DNA of 64,000 nt from Octopus sinensis (lineage: Eukaryota): positions 11,222,001 through 11,286,000 of the forward strand of contig NC_043014.1 in NCBI RefSeq assembly GCF_006345805.1, read 5' to 3'. The notes under the pieces were generated by a model. It was not told where the DNA came from. It ran no database searches and saw only the letters and a program-made list of their open reading frames with translations. The translations under genes were made by a program, and so were the position numbers. Position 1 is the stretch's first letter. Every line of letters begins with the position of its first letter. Shown one piece after another: positions 1 through 11,615 of the stretch.

Positions 1-1033
1 TCTCGTTGCTGTGGTTTTGGCAGTTGAAGAGCTTTGAGGACACGCTCTTCATTTCGATGCTTCAGTTGTATGTGCCGTGCTAATTTCGCCTGAGTTATTC
101 CACAAAACAAACAAGGCCACACATTCTTTTGGTTATACTTGCTTGTTTTTGAACGGCTGCAAGAATTAGTATAACTTTTACCATTATGTGACTTGATACC
201 ATTTCTTGTGATATTCCTGTGAATAGTTTTATTAACAGTCTTGTTGTGGGTCTGAATCAAGTCATCTGTAAAAGGGGATTGAGAAGCATCGGTGACATCC
301 TTTGGTGCAGCTTCTAAAGGCAGAGAACTGGATTTCGCTTGCGGAAACCCGTGTCCTTTAATATACATTTCATTTTGATTTTGGAAAATAACACAACAGT
401 CTTCTTCTGAAGAATCTAAAACAGATATTGGTGATGAATCAGCAGAATTTGAAACTGGTTGAGGAGATGATCTGTTAAATTGCTCTAAGCCATTAACTGG
501 TTTATCTTTGGTTGAGTCTTTGGTGCTAGAAAGGGAATTGGTTGCTTTTAATGATTTGAGCAATTCCTTTGAAGGAAGAACAGATGTCCCAGATTTGCAG
601 CTGATAGAATGAGTTTCAAAAAGATCTTTTTCAAAATATCCCTGACAATTACAACACTTCATGAGGTCTTCGATTGTCAGTTGTTTATCAGCAGCCATTC
701 TGAATTCAAGCAAAACACTTTGATCGCAGATGTTGTTCAATGATTTCTGAACCTCACAGTTTTCTGCAAGTAGAAATGGTTTCGGAATGAAGTTTAAGTC
801 CAGAGTCGAAGATCCAGGTTTAGAAACAAGTAACTCCTTCACTGATTCATCACTAAGTCGAATCACCTTCAGGTGGTCTGTGAGTTTCTGTTGCATAACT
901 TTGGCTCCGAGCAACGTTTTTTTTGTTGCTACAGCCTTTGGTGAGGCTAATACTTAGCTCAGGGGATTGCCAGCAGTAACGATTCAGCGAGGGCTGGACG
1001 TTGAAACATGTGTTGATCAATACAGGAGACATC
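1..1033 (-). CDS. Probable coding exon (runs off the window) of a large protein with CxxC/H zinc-binding motifs; resembles the SET/tyrosine-recombinase-associated (Crypton-related) metazoan protein family
   Basis: Stop-free minus frame from ~953 to base 1; ATG at 896-894 gives ~298 aa MQQKLTDHLKVIRLSDESVKELL...MKCCNCQGYFEKDLFETHSISC...WPCLFCGITQAKLARHIQLKHRNEERVLKALQLPKPQQR. Polypyrimidine+AG acceptor (ttttctttttag|ATG) at ~1033. Absent from the ORF track, probably because it has no stop inside the window. Family assignment is from motif recall. Confidence 0.7.
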
Positions 1034-1117
1034 TAAAAAGAAAAAAACAGACAAAATGAAAATATATGAAATATAAAAGACAACGAAATTTACATCAACA
1101 TAGAAATAATGCTTGTT

Positions 1118-3110
1118 ATTTACTCTTTTACTTGTTTCAGTCATTTGACTGCGGCCATGCTGGAGCACCGCCTTTTAGTCGAGCAAATCAACCCCGGGAC
1201 TTATTCTTTGTAAGCCCAGTACTTATTCTATCGGTCTCTTTTGCCGAACCGCTAAGTGACGGGGACGTAAACACACCAGCATCGGTTTTCAAGCAATGCT
1301 AGGGGGACAAACACAGACACACACACATATATATCTCTTATTATAAAAGGCAGATTTTATCTGCCTCCCTTTGAGAGTTATAGAAATCTACAATATAGGA
1401 TTTCTTCAATTACAATTTACCTAGCATTTTTAAGAGTAGAATGCATCGGGTCATGCCAAGTCCAGTTTTTAAAATTTAAACTCCAATTAAGCAAAATTTA
1501 CAGAAAACTCACATTCTGGTGTGTGTGTCAAATGCTTTTCTTAGTCTGGTTTACACCACACGCAAACGCACACACACAGTGTGCAACGAATAAAATGAAA
1601 GTAAATAGCGACAGAGTGATTTGAGGAAGACTAAACTGAAAGTATTTAACCACTACTCAAAAAATAAAAAAACACAGCAAACAGAAACAAATAAATACAT
1701 AACGATTTACTCCTCACACAATTTCTTCAATTAGAGTGTACCCATGATTTTTCAGAGTACTTCAGTGGGTGATGCCATAAAAAATTTCTTTCAATTTTAC
1801 CACCAATTAAGACAAAATTCGAGAAAACTCAATATTTTAACATATCACTCTGAAAGCATTGATGTACATGTGTGCGTGCGCGAGTGTGTGTGTGTCATTC
1901 CTCACACACACGCATACACATACATATACAACTACATACACATACAACTACATACAAACACGTGTGTGTTTGTTATTAAAAAAGGCACCAAAACACAACT
2001 CACTTATCATTCCAACACATTTGCAAAGACACACGGACGGACAGAAAAGGTAAATTGGTTTTTATTTTACTCTGTATATATTTTATTATATAATATTATA
2101 TATAGATATATGTATATATAATTGCAGTATGAAACAGTGTTTATGTTTAAACAGACGACACTTATATATAGTTATTATAATAAGAGATTAATAAATGTAT
2201 GCATCCGTTTAACCCTTTCGTTACCAAGCCGCCCGAATTTACCTATTCATATTTAAATGAGAATATCAGAGCAAATCTCTTTAGTACATTCGTGAAAACA
2301 CGTATTATATTTCGTAAACACTTCAACTACAGTTTTGTACAAAAATCGAAGTGTAATTTTAATTCCGTGAATTATGGGAGATTTTTTTCCGAAATTTGTT
2401 CCTATTGTGTTTTCAAAATTTGTAATTCTGACAAAAAATGGATACGAATTTCATTATATCAAGCAGCGAGTCAGAATTCGAAGGATTTTCTACTGAAGAC
2501 CTTCATAAATCTAACTCTATGACTGAAAAAAAAAACATCTTTATAAGAGTGAAGTTGTGTGTCTGTCTCCTACGATTTAGATTCCTAACTACTCCCACAT
2601 TTTGCGGTGCAGTTTAACCAAAAGCGGGTATCTTATAGTCGTGATTCATATCGAGCCCTTCTGGGTATTAGCGTGCGTCTACGATGAGTCTACGATTTAA
2701 AAAAAATTTACCATCATATTTTTCCATTTTAATGCATTTTTTTCGCTTTTATATAAGGGAAGTAACTCTCTAAAAATATCTACGATGTGTCAACGATTTA
2801 AAAAAAATTTACCTTAATTTTTTTTCAATTTTTAATGCACTTTTTTGCTATTTTTTGGCTATAACTCTCTAAAAATGCTTATATAGTTATTTCCCTTACA
2901 ACCCGAGCAACGCCGGGCGATACTGCTAGTATATACATATATACGACAGGCTTCTTTCAGTTTCCGTCTACCAAATCCACTCACAAGGCATTGGTCGGCC
3001 CGGGGCTATAGCAGAAGACACTTGTCCAAGATGCCATGCAGTGGGACTGAACCCGGAACCATGTGGTTGGTTAGCAAGCTACTTACCACACAGCCACTCC
3101 TGCGCCTATA
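1118..3110 (-). mobile_element. Family A tRNA-derived SINE split in two (1118-1333 and 2930-3110) by a Helitron insertion
   Basis: The 3' half at 1118-1333 and 5' half at 2930-3110 join into one complete copy at the internal (TA)n tract. Confidence 0.9.
1334..2929 (+). mobile_element. Non-autonomous Helitron, composite (second 5' end at 2538)
   Basis: A|TC start at 1334; 3' hairpin cccgagcaacgccggg (2902-2917) then CTAG|T at 2926-2930; no TSD; 2538-2929 matches copies at 34663-35058 and 43536-43931. Confidence 0.85.
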
Positions 3111-3129
3111 TATGTTATGTTTTTATTTT

Positions 3130-3440
3130 TATAATTTATCTTTTATTTTTTACTTGTTTTAGTCTTTGGACTGTGGTCATGCTGGGGCAGTTGGGTTGAT
3201 TAGAGCAATGTAAAATAAAGTGTCTTGCTCAAGGACACAACCTGCCTCTGGGAATCAAACTCATGACCTTACAATTGTGAGCTGACTACCCTAACCCCCA
3301 AGCCACCAGTCTTCACAATATATATATATATATATATATATACCACCTTGGGTAAGGGTCTTCTACTATAGCCTTGGGCTGACCAAAGCCTTGTGAGTAG
3401 ATTTGGTAGATGGAAACTGAAAGAAGCCCATCATGTATAT
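3130..3440. mobile_element. SINE fragments (minus-strand tRNA head 3130-3310; plus-strand family A fragment 3343-3440)
   Basis: Similarity to other copies in this window. Confidence 0.65.
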
Positions 3441-6400
3441 GACTGGCTCCCATGCTGGTGGCATGTAAAAAGCACCATCCGAACATGGTTGATGCTTGTG
3501 ACCCCTGACTTGCTCCCATGCCAGCGGCACGTAAAAAGCACCGTCTGAACATGGTCGATGCTAGTTACCCCTGACTGGCTTCCATGCCAGTGGCACGTAA
3601 AAAGTATCATCCAAACATGGTCGATGCTTGTGACCCCTGACTTGCTCCCATGCCAGCGGCACGTAAAAAGCACCGTCTGAACATGGTCGATGCTAGTTAC
3701 CCACTGACTGGCTTCCATGCCAGTGGCACGTAAAAGTATCATCCAAACATGGTCGATGCTTGTGACCCCTGACTTGCTCTCCCATGCCAGCGGCACGTAA
3801 AAAGCACCGTCTGAACATGGTCGATGCTAGTTACCCCTGACTGGCTTCCATGCCAGTGGCACGTAAAAAGTATCATCCAAACATGGTCGATGCTTGTGAC
3901 CCCTGACTTGCTCCCATGCCAGCGGCACGTAAAAAGCACCGTCTGAACATGGTCGATGCTAGTTACCCCTGACTGGCTTCCATGCCAGTGGCACGTAAAA
4001 AGTATCATCCAAACATGTTGATGCTTGTGACCCCTGACTTGCTCCCATGCCAGCGGCACGTAAAAAGCACCGTCTGAACATGGTCGATGCTAGTTACCCC
4101 TGACTGGCTTCCATGCCAGTGGCACGTAAAAAGTATCATCCAAACATGGTCAATGCTAGTAACCCCTGACTGGATCCCATGCTAGTGGCACGTAAAAAGC
4201 ACCGTCTGAACATGGTCGATGCTAGTTACCCCTGACTGGCTTCCATGCCAGTGGCACGTAAAAAGTATCATCCAAACATGGTCGATGCTTGTGACCCCTG
4301 ACTGGCTTCCATGCCAGCGGCACGTAAAAAGCACCGTCTGAACATGGTCAATGCTAGTAACCCCTGACTGGCTTCCATGCCAGTGGCACGTAAAAAGTAT
4401 CATCCAAACATGGTCAATGCTAGTAACCCCTGACTGGCTTCCATGCCAGTGGCACATAAAAAGCACCGTCTGAACATGGTCGATGCTAGTTACCCCTGAC
4501 TGGCTTCCATGCCAGCGGCACGTAAAAAGCACCGTCTGAACATGGTCAATGCTAGTAACCCCTGACTGGCTTCCATGCCAGTGGCACGTAAAAAGTATCA
4601 TCCAAACATGGTCAATGCTAGTAACCCCTGACTGGCTTCCATGCCAGTGGCACGTAAAAAGTATCATCCAAACATGGTCAATGCTAGTAACCCCTGACTG
4701 GCTTCCATGCCAGTGGCACGTAAAAAGTATCATCCAAACATGGTCAATGCTAGTTACCCCTGACTGGCTTCCATGCCAGTGGCACATAAAAAGCACCGTC
4801 TGAACATGGTCAATGCTAGTAACCCCTGACTGGCTTCCATGCCAGTGGCACGTAAAAAGTATCATCCAAACATGGTCAATGCTAGTTACCCCTGACTGGC
4901 TTCCATGCCAGTGGCACGTAAAAAGTATCATCCAAACATGGTCAATGCTAGTAACCCCTGACTGGCTTCCATGCCAGTGGCACATAAAAAGCACCGTCTG
5001 AACATGGTCGATGCTAGTTACCCCTGACTGGCTTCCATGCCAGTGGCACGTAAAAAGTATCATCCAAACATGGTCAATGCTAGTTACCCCTGACTGGCTT
5101 CCATGCCAGTGGCACGTAAAAAGTATCATCCAAACATGGTCAATGCTAGTAACCCCTGACTGGCTTCCATGCCAGTGGCACATAAAAAGCACCGTCTGAA
5201 CATGGTCGATGCTAGTTACCCCTGACTGGCTTCCATGCCAGTGGCACGTAAAAAGTATCATCCAAACATGGTCGATGCTTGTGACCCCTGACTTGCTCCC
5301 ATGCCAGCGGCACGTAAAAAGCACCGTCTGAACATGGTCGATGCTAGTTACCCCTGACTGCTTCCATGCCAGTGGCACGTAAAAGTATCATCCAACATGG
5401 TCGATGCTTGTGACCCCTGACTGGATCCCATGCCAGTGGCACATAAAAAGCACCGTCTGAACATGGTCGATGCTAGTTACCCCTGACTGGCTTCCATGCC
5501 AGTGGCACGTAAAAAGTATCATCCAAACATGGTCGATGCTTGTGACCCCTGACTTGCTCCCATGCCAGCGGCACGTAAAAAGCACCGTCTGAACATGGTC
5601 GATGCTAGTTACCCCTGACTGGCTTCCATGCCAGTGGCACGTAAAAAGTATCATCCAAACATGGTCGATGCTTGTGACCCCTGACTTGCTCCCATGCCAG
5701 CGGCACGTAAAAAGCACCGTCTGAACATGGTCGATGCTAGTTACCCCTGACTGGCTTCCATGCCAGTGGCACGTAAAAAGTATCATCCAAACATGGTCGA
5801 TGCTTGTGACCCCTGACTTGCTCCCATGCCAGCGCCAGCGCCGTAAAAAGCACCGTCTGAACATGGTCGATGCTAGTTACCCCTGACTGGCTTCCATGCC
5901 AGTGCACGTAAAAAGTATCATCCAAACATGGTCGATGCTTGTGACCCCTGACTGGATCCCATGCCAGCGGCACGTAAAAAGCACCGTCTGAACATGGTCG
6001 ATGCTAGTTACCCTGACTGGCTTCCATGCCAGTGGCACGTAAAAAGTATCATCCAAACATGGTCGATGCTTGTGACCCCTGACTGGATCCCATGCCAGTG
6101 CACATAAAAAGCACCGTCTGAACATGGTCGATGCTAGTTACCCCTGACTGGCTTCCATGCCAGTGGCACGTAAAAAGTATCATCCAAACATGGTCGATGC
6201 TTGTGACCCCTGACTTGCTCCCATGCCAGCGGCACGTAAAAAGCACCGTCTGAACATGGTCGATGCTAGTTACCCCTGACTGGCTTCCATGCCAGTGGCA
6301 CGTAAAAAGTATCATCCAAACATGGTCGATGCTTGTGACCCCTGACTGGATCCCATGCCAGTGGCACATAAAAAGCACCGTCTGAACATGGTCGATGCTA

Positions 6401-6575
6401 GTTACCCCTGACTGGCTTCCATGCCAGTGGCACGTAAAAAGTATCATCCAAACATGGTCGATGCTAGTTACCCCTGACTGGCTTCCATGCCAGTGGCACA
6501 TAAAAAGCACCATCCAAATGTGATTGATGCCAGTGGCCCCTGACTGGCTCCTGTGCCGGTGGCAAGTAAAAAGCA
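3441..6575 (+). repeat. Tandem array of a 66-bp unit (~47 copies) with dimeric and trimeric higher-order patterns
   Basis: Unit actggcttccatgccagtggcacgtaaaaagtatcatccaaacatggtcgatgcttgtgacccctg and variants; A units (gcaccgtctgaac) alternate with B units (gtatcatccaaac). Confidence 0.97.
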
Positions 6576-6740
6576 CCCACTACACTCTCAGATTGGTTGG
6601 CATTAGGAGGGGCATCCAGCTGTAGAAACCTCGTCAAATCAGATTGGAGCCTGGTGCCGCCTATTGGCTTGCCAGTCCTCAGTCAAACCATCCAACCCAT
6701 GCTGACATGGAAAGCCGACGTTAAATGATAAAGATGATGA
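6545..6740 (+). mobile_element. RTE-type LINE 3' tail contiguous with the 66-bp array
   Basis: aaaagcacccactacactc...aggagggcatccagctgtagaaac...ccaacccatgc...cgttaaatgat(gat)n; same tail at many other sites in the window. Confidence 0.85.
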
Positions 6741-6769
6741 TGACGATAACAATGATATATGTGTATATA

Positions 6770-7290
6770 TTTATGTGTGTGTCAGTGTTTGTCCCCACCC
6801 CCAACATCACTTGACAACCAATGTTGGTGTGTTTACATCCCCAGGGGTCAATTTCTTTGGTTCAGGGGTCAATTTCTTTGACTAAAAAAAAAATTTAGCT
6901 CAACATAGAAATAATATTTATGTTCTTTGTTTTTATATTTTATCTTCTTATCTTTTATTTGTTTTAGTCACTGGTGTGTGGTCATGCTGGGGCACTACCT
7001 TAAAGAGATCACTCACACAAATCAACCCACAGGGACATAAACAAACCGACACCAGTTGTCAAACAGTGGGGACGGGAACAAACACTGACACAAGAAAGAC
7101 ATAAACATTATATCATCATCATCATCATCATTTAACATCCATTGTCCATGCTGGCATGGGTTGGATGGTTTGACCGGAGCTGGCAAGCTGGGGAGCTGCA
7201 CCAAAGATCAGTCTTATTTGGCATGGTTTCTATGGGTGTGTGCCCTTGTTAAAGCCAACCATTTCACAGTGGGCTGGGTGCTTTTATGTG
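6770..7290. mobile_element. Cluster of family A SINE fragments and a minus-strand RTE 3' tail (7110-7290)
   Basis: Matches to internal copies; (cat)n tail at ~7112-7130. Confidence 0.7.
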
Positions 7291-7301
7291 GTGCCACATG
7301 C

Positions 7302-7342
<41 letters not shown>

Positions 7343-7645
7343 GATATATGATTAAGAGACAAAACCTCTATGAAGTAATTCAATTAATAGTGAAAGATAT
7401 TATTTATAATAAATCATATAGAAAGAATTTAAATATATTATAATAAATATTATCCTAAAAATCACTAAATTAAATAAACATTAAACTGACAATTTTATAT
7501 TCCCTACTACTAATAATATATATATATATATGGCACTCCATCGGTTACGACGACAAGGGTTCCAGTTGATCCAATCAACAGAACAGCCTGCTCATGAAAT
7601 TGACGTGCAAGTGGCTGAGCACTCCACAGACACGTGTACCCTTAA

Positions 7646-8072
7646 CCCTTTCAATACCAACCTGGCCGAAACCACCTCTGGCTCTTTTGTACAAATGTCT
7701 TGTTTACAAAAGTTCTGAATCAAAATCTATAATCACATTTTATGTTCCTAACACTAGCTTAATGATAACTAAGTTTCGTTTTTGGATTTGGCTTGCAAGA
7801 TTCTTTATATGAGATCGTGTGTTGAAGCATATTCTGTTGTGTCTGGGGAATGTCATTTTCTTTTAAGTTTGCAAGACGCAACGAAAATTTTAGGAAAATA
7901 AAAATAAGAAATAAGTGGAAATTTTACCGGTGAGTGTGTTACATTATAAGGCATAAAAAAGAAAATGACTCTCCCCAGACACAACAGATAACTAAGTTAT
8001 TTTACTAAATTTTTTGTTATATTTAAAATCAATTGAAAGAAACACAGAGCATCTCAACAGAAATATGGCAAC
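7646..8072 (+). mobile_element. piggyBac-type MITE family 1, right TIR replaced by NUMT, carrying a 211-bp insertion (7776-7986)
   Basis: TTAA at 7642-7645 then ccctttcaataccaacc; body matches intact copies, e.g. 18130-18349. Confidence 0.85.
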
Positions 8073-8614
8073 TAAAGATAGTGGTACATTATACTTCATT
8101 TTTGGAATTTGATCAGGACTTCTGACATCAACTACATTTGGATGGTGCTTTTTACATGCCACCAGCATGGGAGCCAGCCGAGGGGCACTGGCATCGACCA
8201 CATTCAGATGGTGCTTTTTTATGTGCCACCAGCACAGGAGCCAGTCAGGAGGTACTTCTTTAACCCTTTAGTGTTCGCATTATTCTACCCAAATTAATGC
8301 TTTTTCATCCACATTGTTTTGAACTAGTCATGCATTATCTTGTAGCTATGAGATTTTGATGAGGTAGCTGTTAATTTTTAAAACGATATTGTAGGGTAGG
8401 TGTGAGAGACCAGATCTGGCCAGTTTGAACATAAAACAGGCAGAATACTTTTGGCCGGATATGGCCAGTTTAAATGCTAAAGGGTTAAGTCTAATAATCC
8501 AAACAGAATTAGAACAACCAGGATCTCTACTTAACGATAATCAACTATATAATGTAATCATTACAGCCCATGCATTTGTAATAATTTTTTTCCTTGTCAT
8601 ACCTGTTGTAATCG
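8073..8614 (+). pseudogene. cox1: NUMT of the 5' part of mitochondrial cytochrome c oxidase subunit I, in three pieces (8073-8123, 8250-8263, 8485-8614)
   Basis: Joined pieces read (invertebrate mito code) [63 protein letters not shown], the COI N-terminus, with TGA as Trp. Confidence 0.95.
8264..8484. mobile_element. piggyBac-type MITE family 2 inserted into the NUMT
   Basis: TTAA TSD at 8260-8263 and 8485-8488; TIR ccctttag...ctaaaggg. Confidence 0.92.
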
Positions 8615-8619
8615 TATGT

Positions 8620-8780
8620 GACCTGTTCATAAGGTTGTGGGCTCAATTCCCGGCGACACATTGTGTCCTGGAGCAAAACACATTATTTCACATTGCTCCA
8701 GTCCACTCAGCTGGCAAAAATGAGTGGTACTTGTAATTCAAAGGGCCAGCAGTACCATGCTGAATCTCCCTGAGAACTAC
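8620..8780 (+). mobile_element. tRNA-derived SINE fragment
   Basis: B-box-like ggctcaattcc followed by ttgctccagtccactcagctgg shared with 53385-53710. Confidence 0.6.
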
Positions 8781-9204
8781 CCAGAACAACCAATGTGTTG
8801 TGAGTGAGCATGGAAGACAAAAATTATAGGAATCCATCATGTATATAGGTGTGTATGAGTGATAGAGAGATTTGTGGTCAAGAGATGCATGACTGGGAAA
8901 TAAATGATAAAGAGATTACAAAGTTAGAGACTATAAGGGATAGGGCCTGAAGCAGATGTAGACCCAACAGGAACATACTAGGCAATAGAATCCAAATATT
9001 ATACCTCCCAGCCCATTGCTACCATTATTTTAATGTTCATTTCACCAAGTTTGCCTGACTGGGCACAGCCTCGCCAGAACTCCTCGCCAGCACTCCAAGT
9101 CACCAATCATTGTGAGATGGAGGAGGAAAGAAGTAAGGGTAATGAAAAATACTCGGGAAGCAATTCCTTTTCACTTTTTTTTTTTTCTCTTTTTTCTTTT
9201 TACC

Positions 9205-9590
9205 CTTTTTACTGGTTTCAGTCATTTGACTGTGGCCATACTGGAGCACCGCCTTTAGTCGAGCAAATCGACCCCAGGACTGTAAGCCTAGTACTTGTTC
9301 TATCAGTCTCTTTTGCTGAACCGCTAAGTTATAGGGATGTAAACACACCAGCATCAGTTGTCAAGCGATGCTGGGGGGACAAACACAGACACACATACAT
9401 ATATACATACATATAAATACATATATACAATGGGCTCCTTTCAGTTTCCGACTACCAAATCCACTCTCAAGGCTTTGGTCAGCCCGAGGCTATAGTAGAA
9501 GACACTTGCCCAAGGTGCCATGCAATGGGACTGAACCTGGAACCATGTGGTTGGTAAGCAAGCTACTTACCACACAGCCACTACTACGCC
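9205..9590 (-). mobile_element. Family A SINE, full length
   Basis: Reverse complement of the family A consensus with internal microsatellite. Confidence 0.9.
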
Positions 9591-9809
9591 TTTGTTTAAT
9601 AAGATGATCATGAAGGATACCCAAAATATGGATGGCAAAAGAGGGAATGGGTTTGTTTTAGTAAACTTGACTGCATCTAATTATACATGACAAAAGGGTT
9701 TAAAAGAGACTGGAATTTCCTGCATTCAAGAATGGGTTGGGTTATAGTGTAAGTCAGCTGTTTGTAATGGAGAGCTGAAATTAAATACTGGGGTTGATTT
9801 GTTTGACAG

Positions 9810-10175
9810 GCGCAGATGTGGTAAGAAGCTTGCTTCCCAACCACATGGTTCTGGGTTCAGTCCTACTGCGTGGCACCTTGGGCAAGTGTCTTCTACTGTA
9901 GCCTTAGGACAACCAAAGCTTTGTGAGTGGATTTGGTAGACAGAAACTGACAGAAGCCTGTCATGTATGTATATATATATGTGTGTGTGTGTGTGTGTTT
10001 GTATGTGTATGTTTTTGTGTCTACGTTTGTCCCCCTCTCTCACCACCAGCACCGATGCTGGTGTGTTTACTTCCCAGTAACTTAGCGGTTCAGCAAGAGA
10101 AACCGATAGAATAAATACTGGGCTTACAGAGAATAAGTCCTGTGGGTAAATTTCTTCAACTAAAAAAAAACCCTT
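9810..10175 (+). mobile_element. Family A SINE
   Basis: tgtggtaagaagcttgcttcccaaccacatggttc...ttgggcaagtgtcttctac...gtgagtggatttggtagac. Confidence 0.85.
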
Positions 10176-10184
10176 TAAGGCAGA

Positions 10185-10365
10185 AAGAGGGAGAGAGAGA
10201 GAGAGAGAAAGTGGAAGAGAGAAAGAAAGAGAGAGAGAAAGAGGGAGAGAGAGAAAGAAAGAGGGAGAGAGAGAAAGAAAGAGGGAGAGAGAGAAGGAGA
10301 GAGAGAAAGAAGGAGAGTGAGAGTGTGTGAGAGAGAGAGAGTGTGGAGGGGGAGAGAGTGAGAGA
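10185..10365. repeat. GA-rich simple repeat
   Basis: (GA)n/(GAAA)n tract. Confidence 0.9.
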
Positions 10366-10790
10366 CCTTCATTATGCTGATGATCTTGCTTTCATAGCTA
10401 ATTAACTGTGTGATGTACAGGTCTTGTTAAGATGCCTTCAGAACACTGCTGCTGCCAAGGTCATCTTTTTTGTTTCTCATTATAAAGGAGACTGAATACT
10501 TGATCATTCAGGTCAATTTATTCCAACAATGGCACACAACTCAATAAGGTCCTATGCTGCTGACAATAAGAGAAACTTCCTTACATGCGAGGGACAAGCC
10601 CGGAGCACTCGTAACAAGCTTCAAAACATCTAGCAGTCAAGTACTTCAAAGTCAACAAGGCTTTTTTCCTTTAAGGCATGTGTAGAGTGCATTTTTTTCT
10701 ATAGAGCAACAACCTGGATTTTAAAAAAGGAGCTTGATGATCCCCTTAATGGTACACGTGCTGGTTTCTCAATGAAGCTCAATATATAAA
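10366..10790 (+). pseudogene. Decayed RTE-clade LINE reverse transcriptase fragment
   Basis: LHYADDLAFIA (YADD at 10373-10384) and later FKACVECIFLY/RATTWILKKELD, resembling RTE FRATVESVLLYGSETW; stops and frameshifts present. Confidence 0.75.
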
Positions 10791-10792
10791 TA

Positions 10793-11615
10793 GGCGTAGC
10801 AGTGGCTGTGTGGTAAGTAGCTTACTTACGAACCACATGGTTCCGGGTTCAGTCCCACTGCGTGGCACCTTGGGCAAGTGTCTTCTACTATAGCCTCAGT
10901 CTGACCAAAGCCTTGCGAGTGGATTTGGTAGACAGAAACTGAAAGAAGCCCATCGTATATATGTATGTGTGTGTGTATATGTCGTGTGCCATTGTTAGAA
11001 TAAATTGACAGGTGAACAGGTGTGTCTGTGTTTGTCGCCCCAACATCACTTGATAACCAATGCTGGTGTGTTTGCATCCCTGTAACTTAGTGGTTCGGCA
11101 AAAAAGAGACCAATAGAATAAGTACTAGGCTTACAAGGAATAAGTCCTGGGGTCGATTTGCTTGACTAAAGGCGGTGCTCCAGCATGGCCACAGTCACAT
11201 GACTGAAACAAGTAAAAGAGAGAGAATGTGGCTGTGTGGTAAGAAGCTTACTTCCCAATCACATGATTCCGGGTTAAGTCCCACCTTGGGCAAGTGTCTT
11301 CTAGCAGAACCTCGGGCCAACCAAAGCCTTCTGAATGGATTTGGCAGACGGAAGCTGAAAGAAACCCATCGCATATATATATATATATATGTATGTGTGT
11401 GTCTTTGTGTCTGTGTTTGTCCCACCACCACCATTTGACAACCGGTGTTGGTACATTTGCATCCCCGTAATTTAGTGGTTTGGTAAAAGAGACAAATAGA
11501 ATAAGCACCGGGTCAAAAAGTAAGCCCTGGGCCTGATTTGTTCGACTAAGACCCTTCAAAGTGGTGCCCCAGCATGACCACAGTCACATGATTGAAACGA
11601 GTAAAACAATAAAAA
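10793..11615 (+). mobile_element. Two tandem family A SINEs (10793-11222, 11226-11615)
   Basis: Two complete head-to-tail copies. Confidence 0.88.

Noticed and set aside
4182-5378. 398-aa Cys/His-rich repeat protein (and neighbouring array ORFs)
   Set aside because: A 66-bp unit is 22 codons with one stop-free frame, so a long ORF is automatic; indels break the frame elsewhere and no splice or promoter context is visible
3441-6575. CRISPR-like array
   Set aside because: Units are contiguous near-identical repeats with no unique spacers, no cas genes, and a eukaryotic LINE-tail context
8425-8736. 103-aa ORF as a functional COI-like gene
   Set aside because: Chimera of MITE, NUMT and SINE sequence
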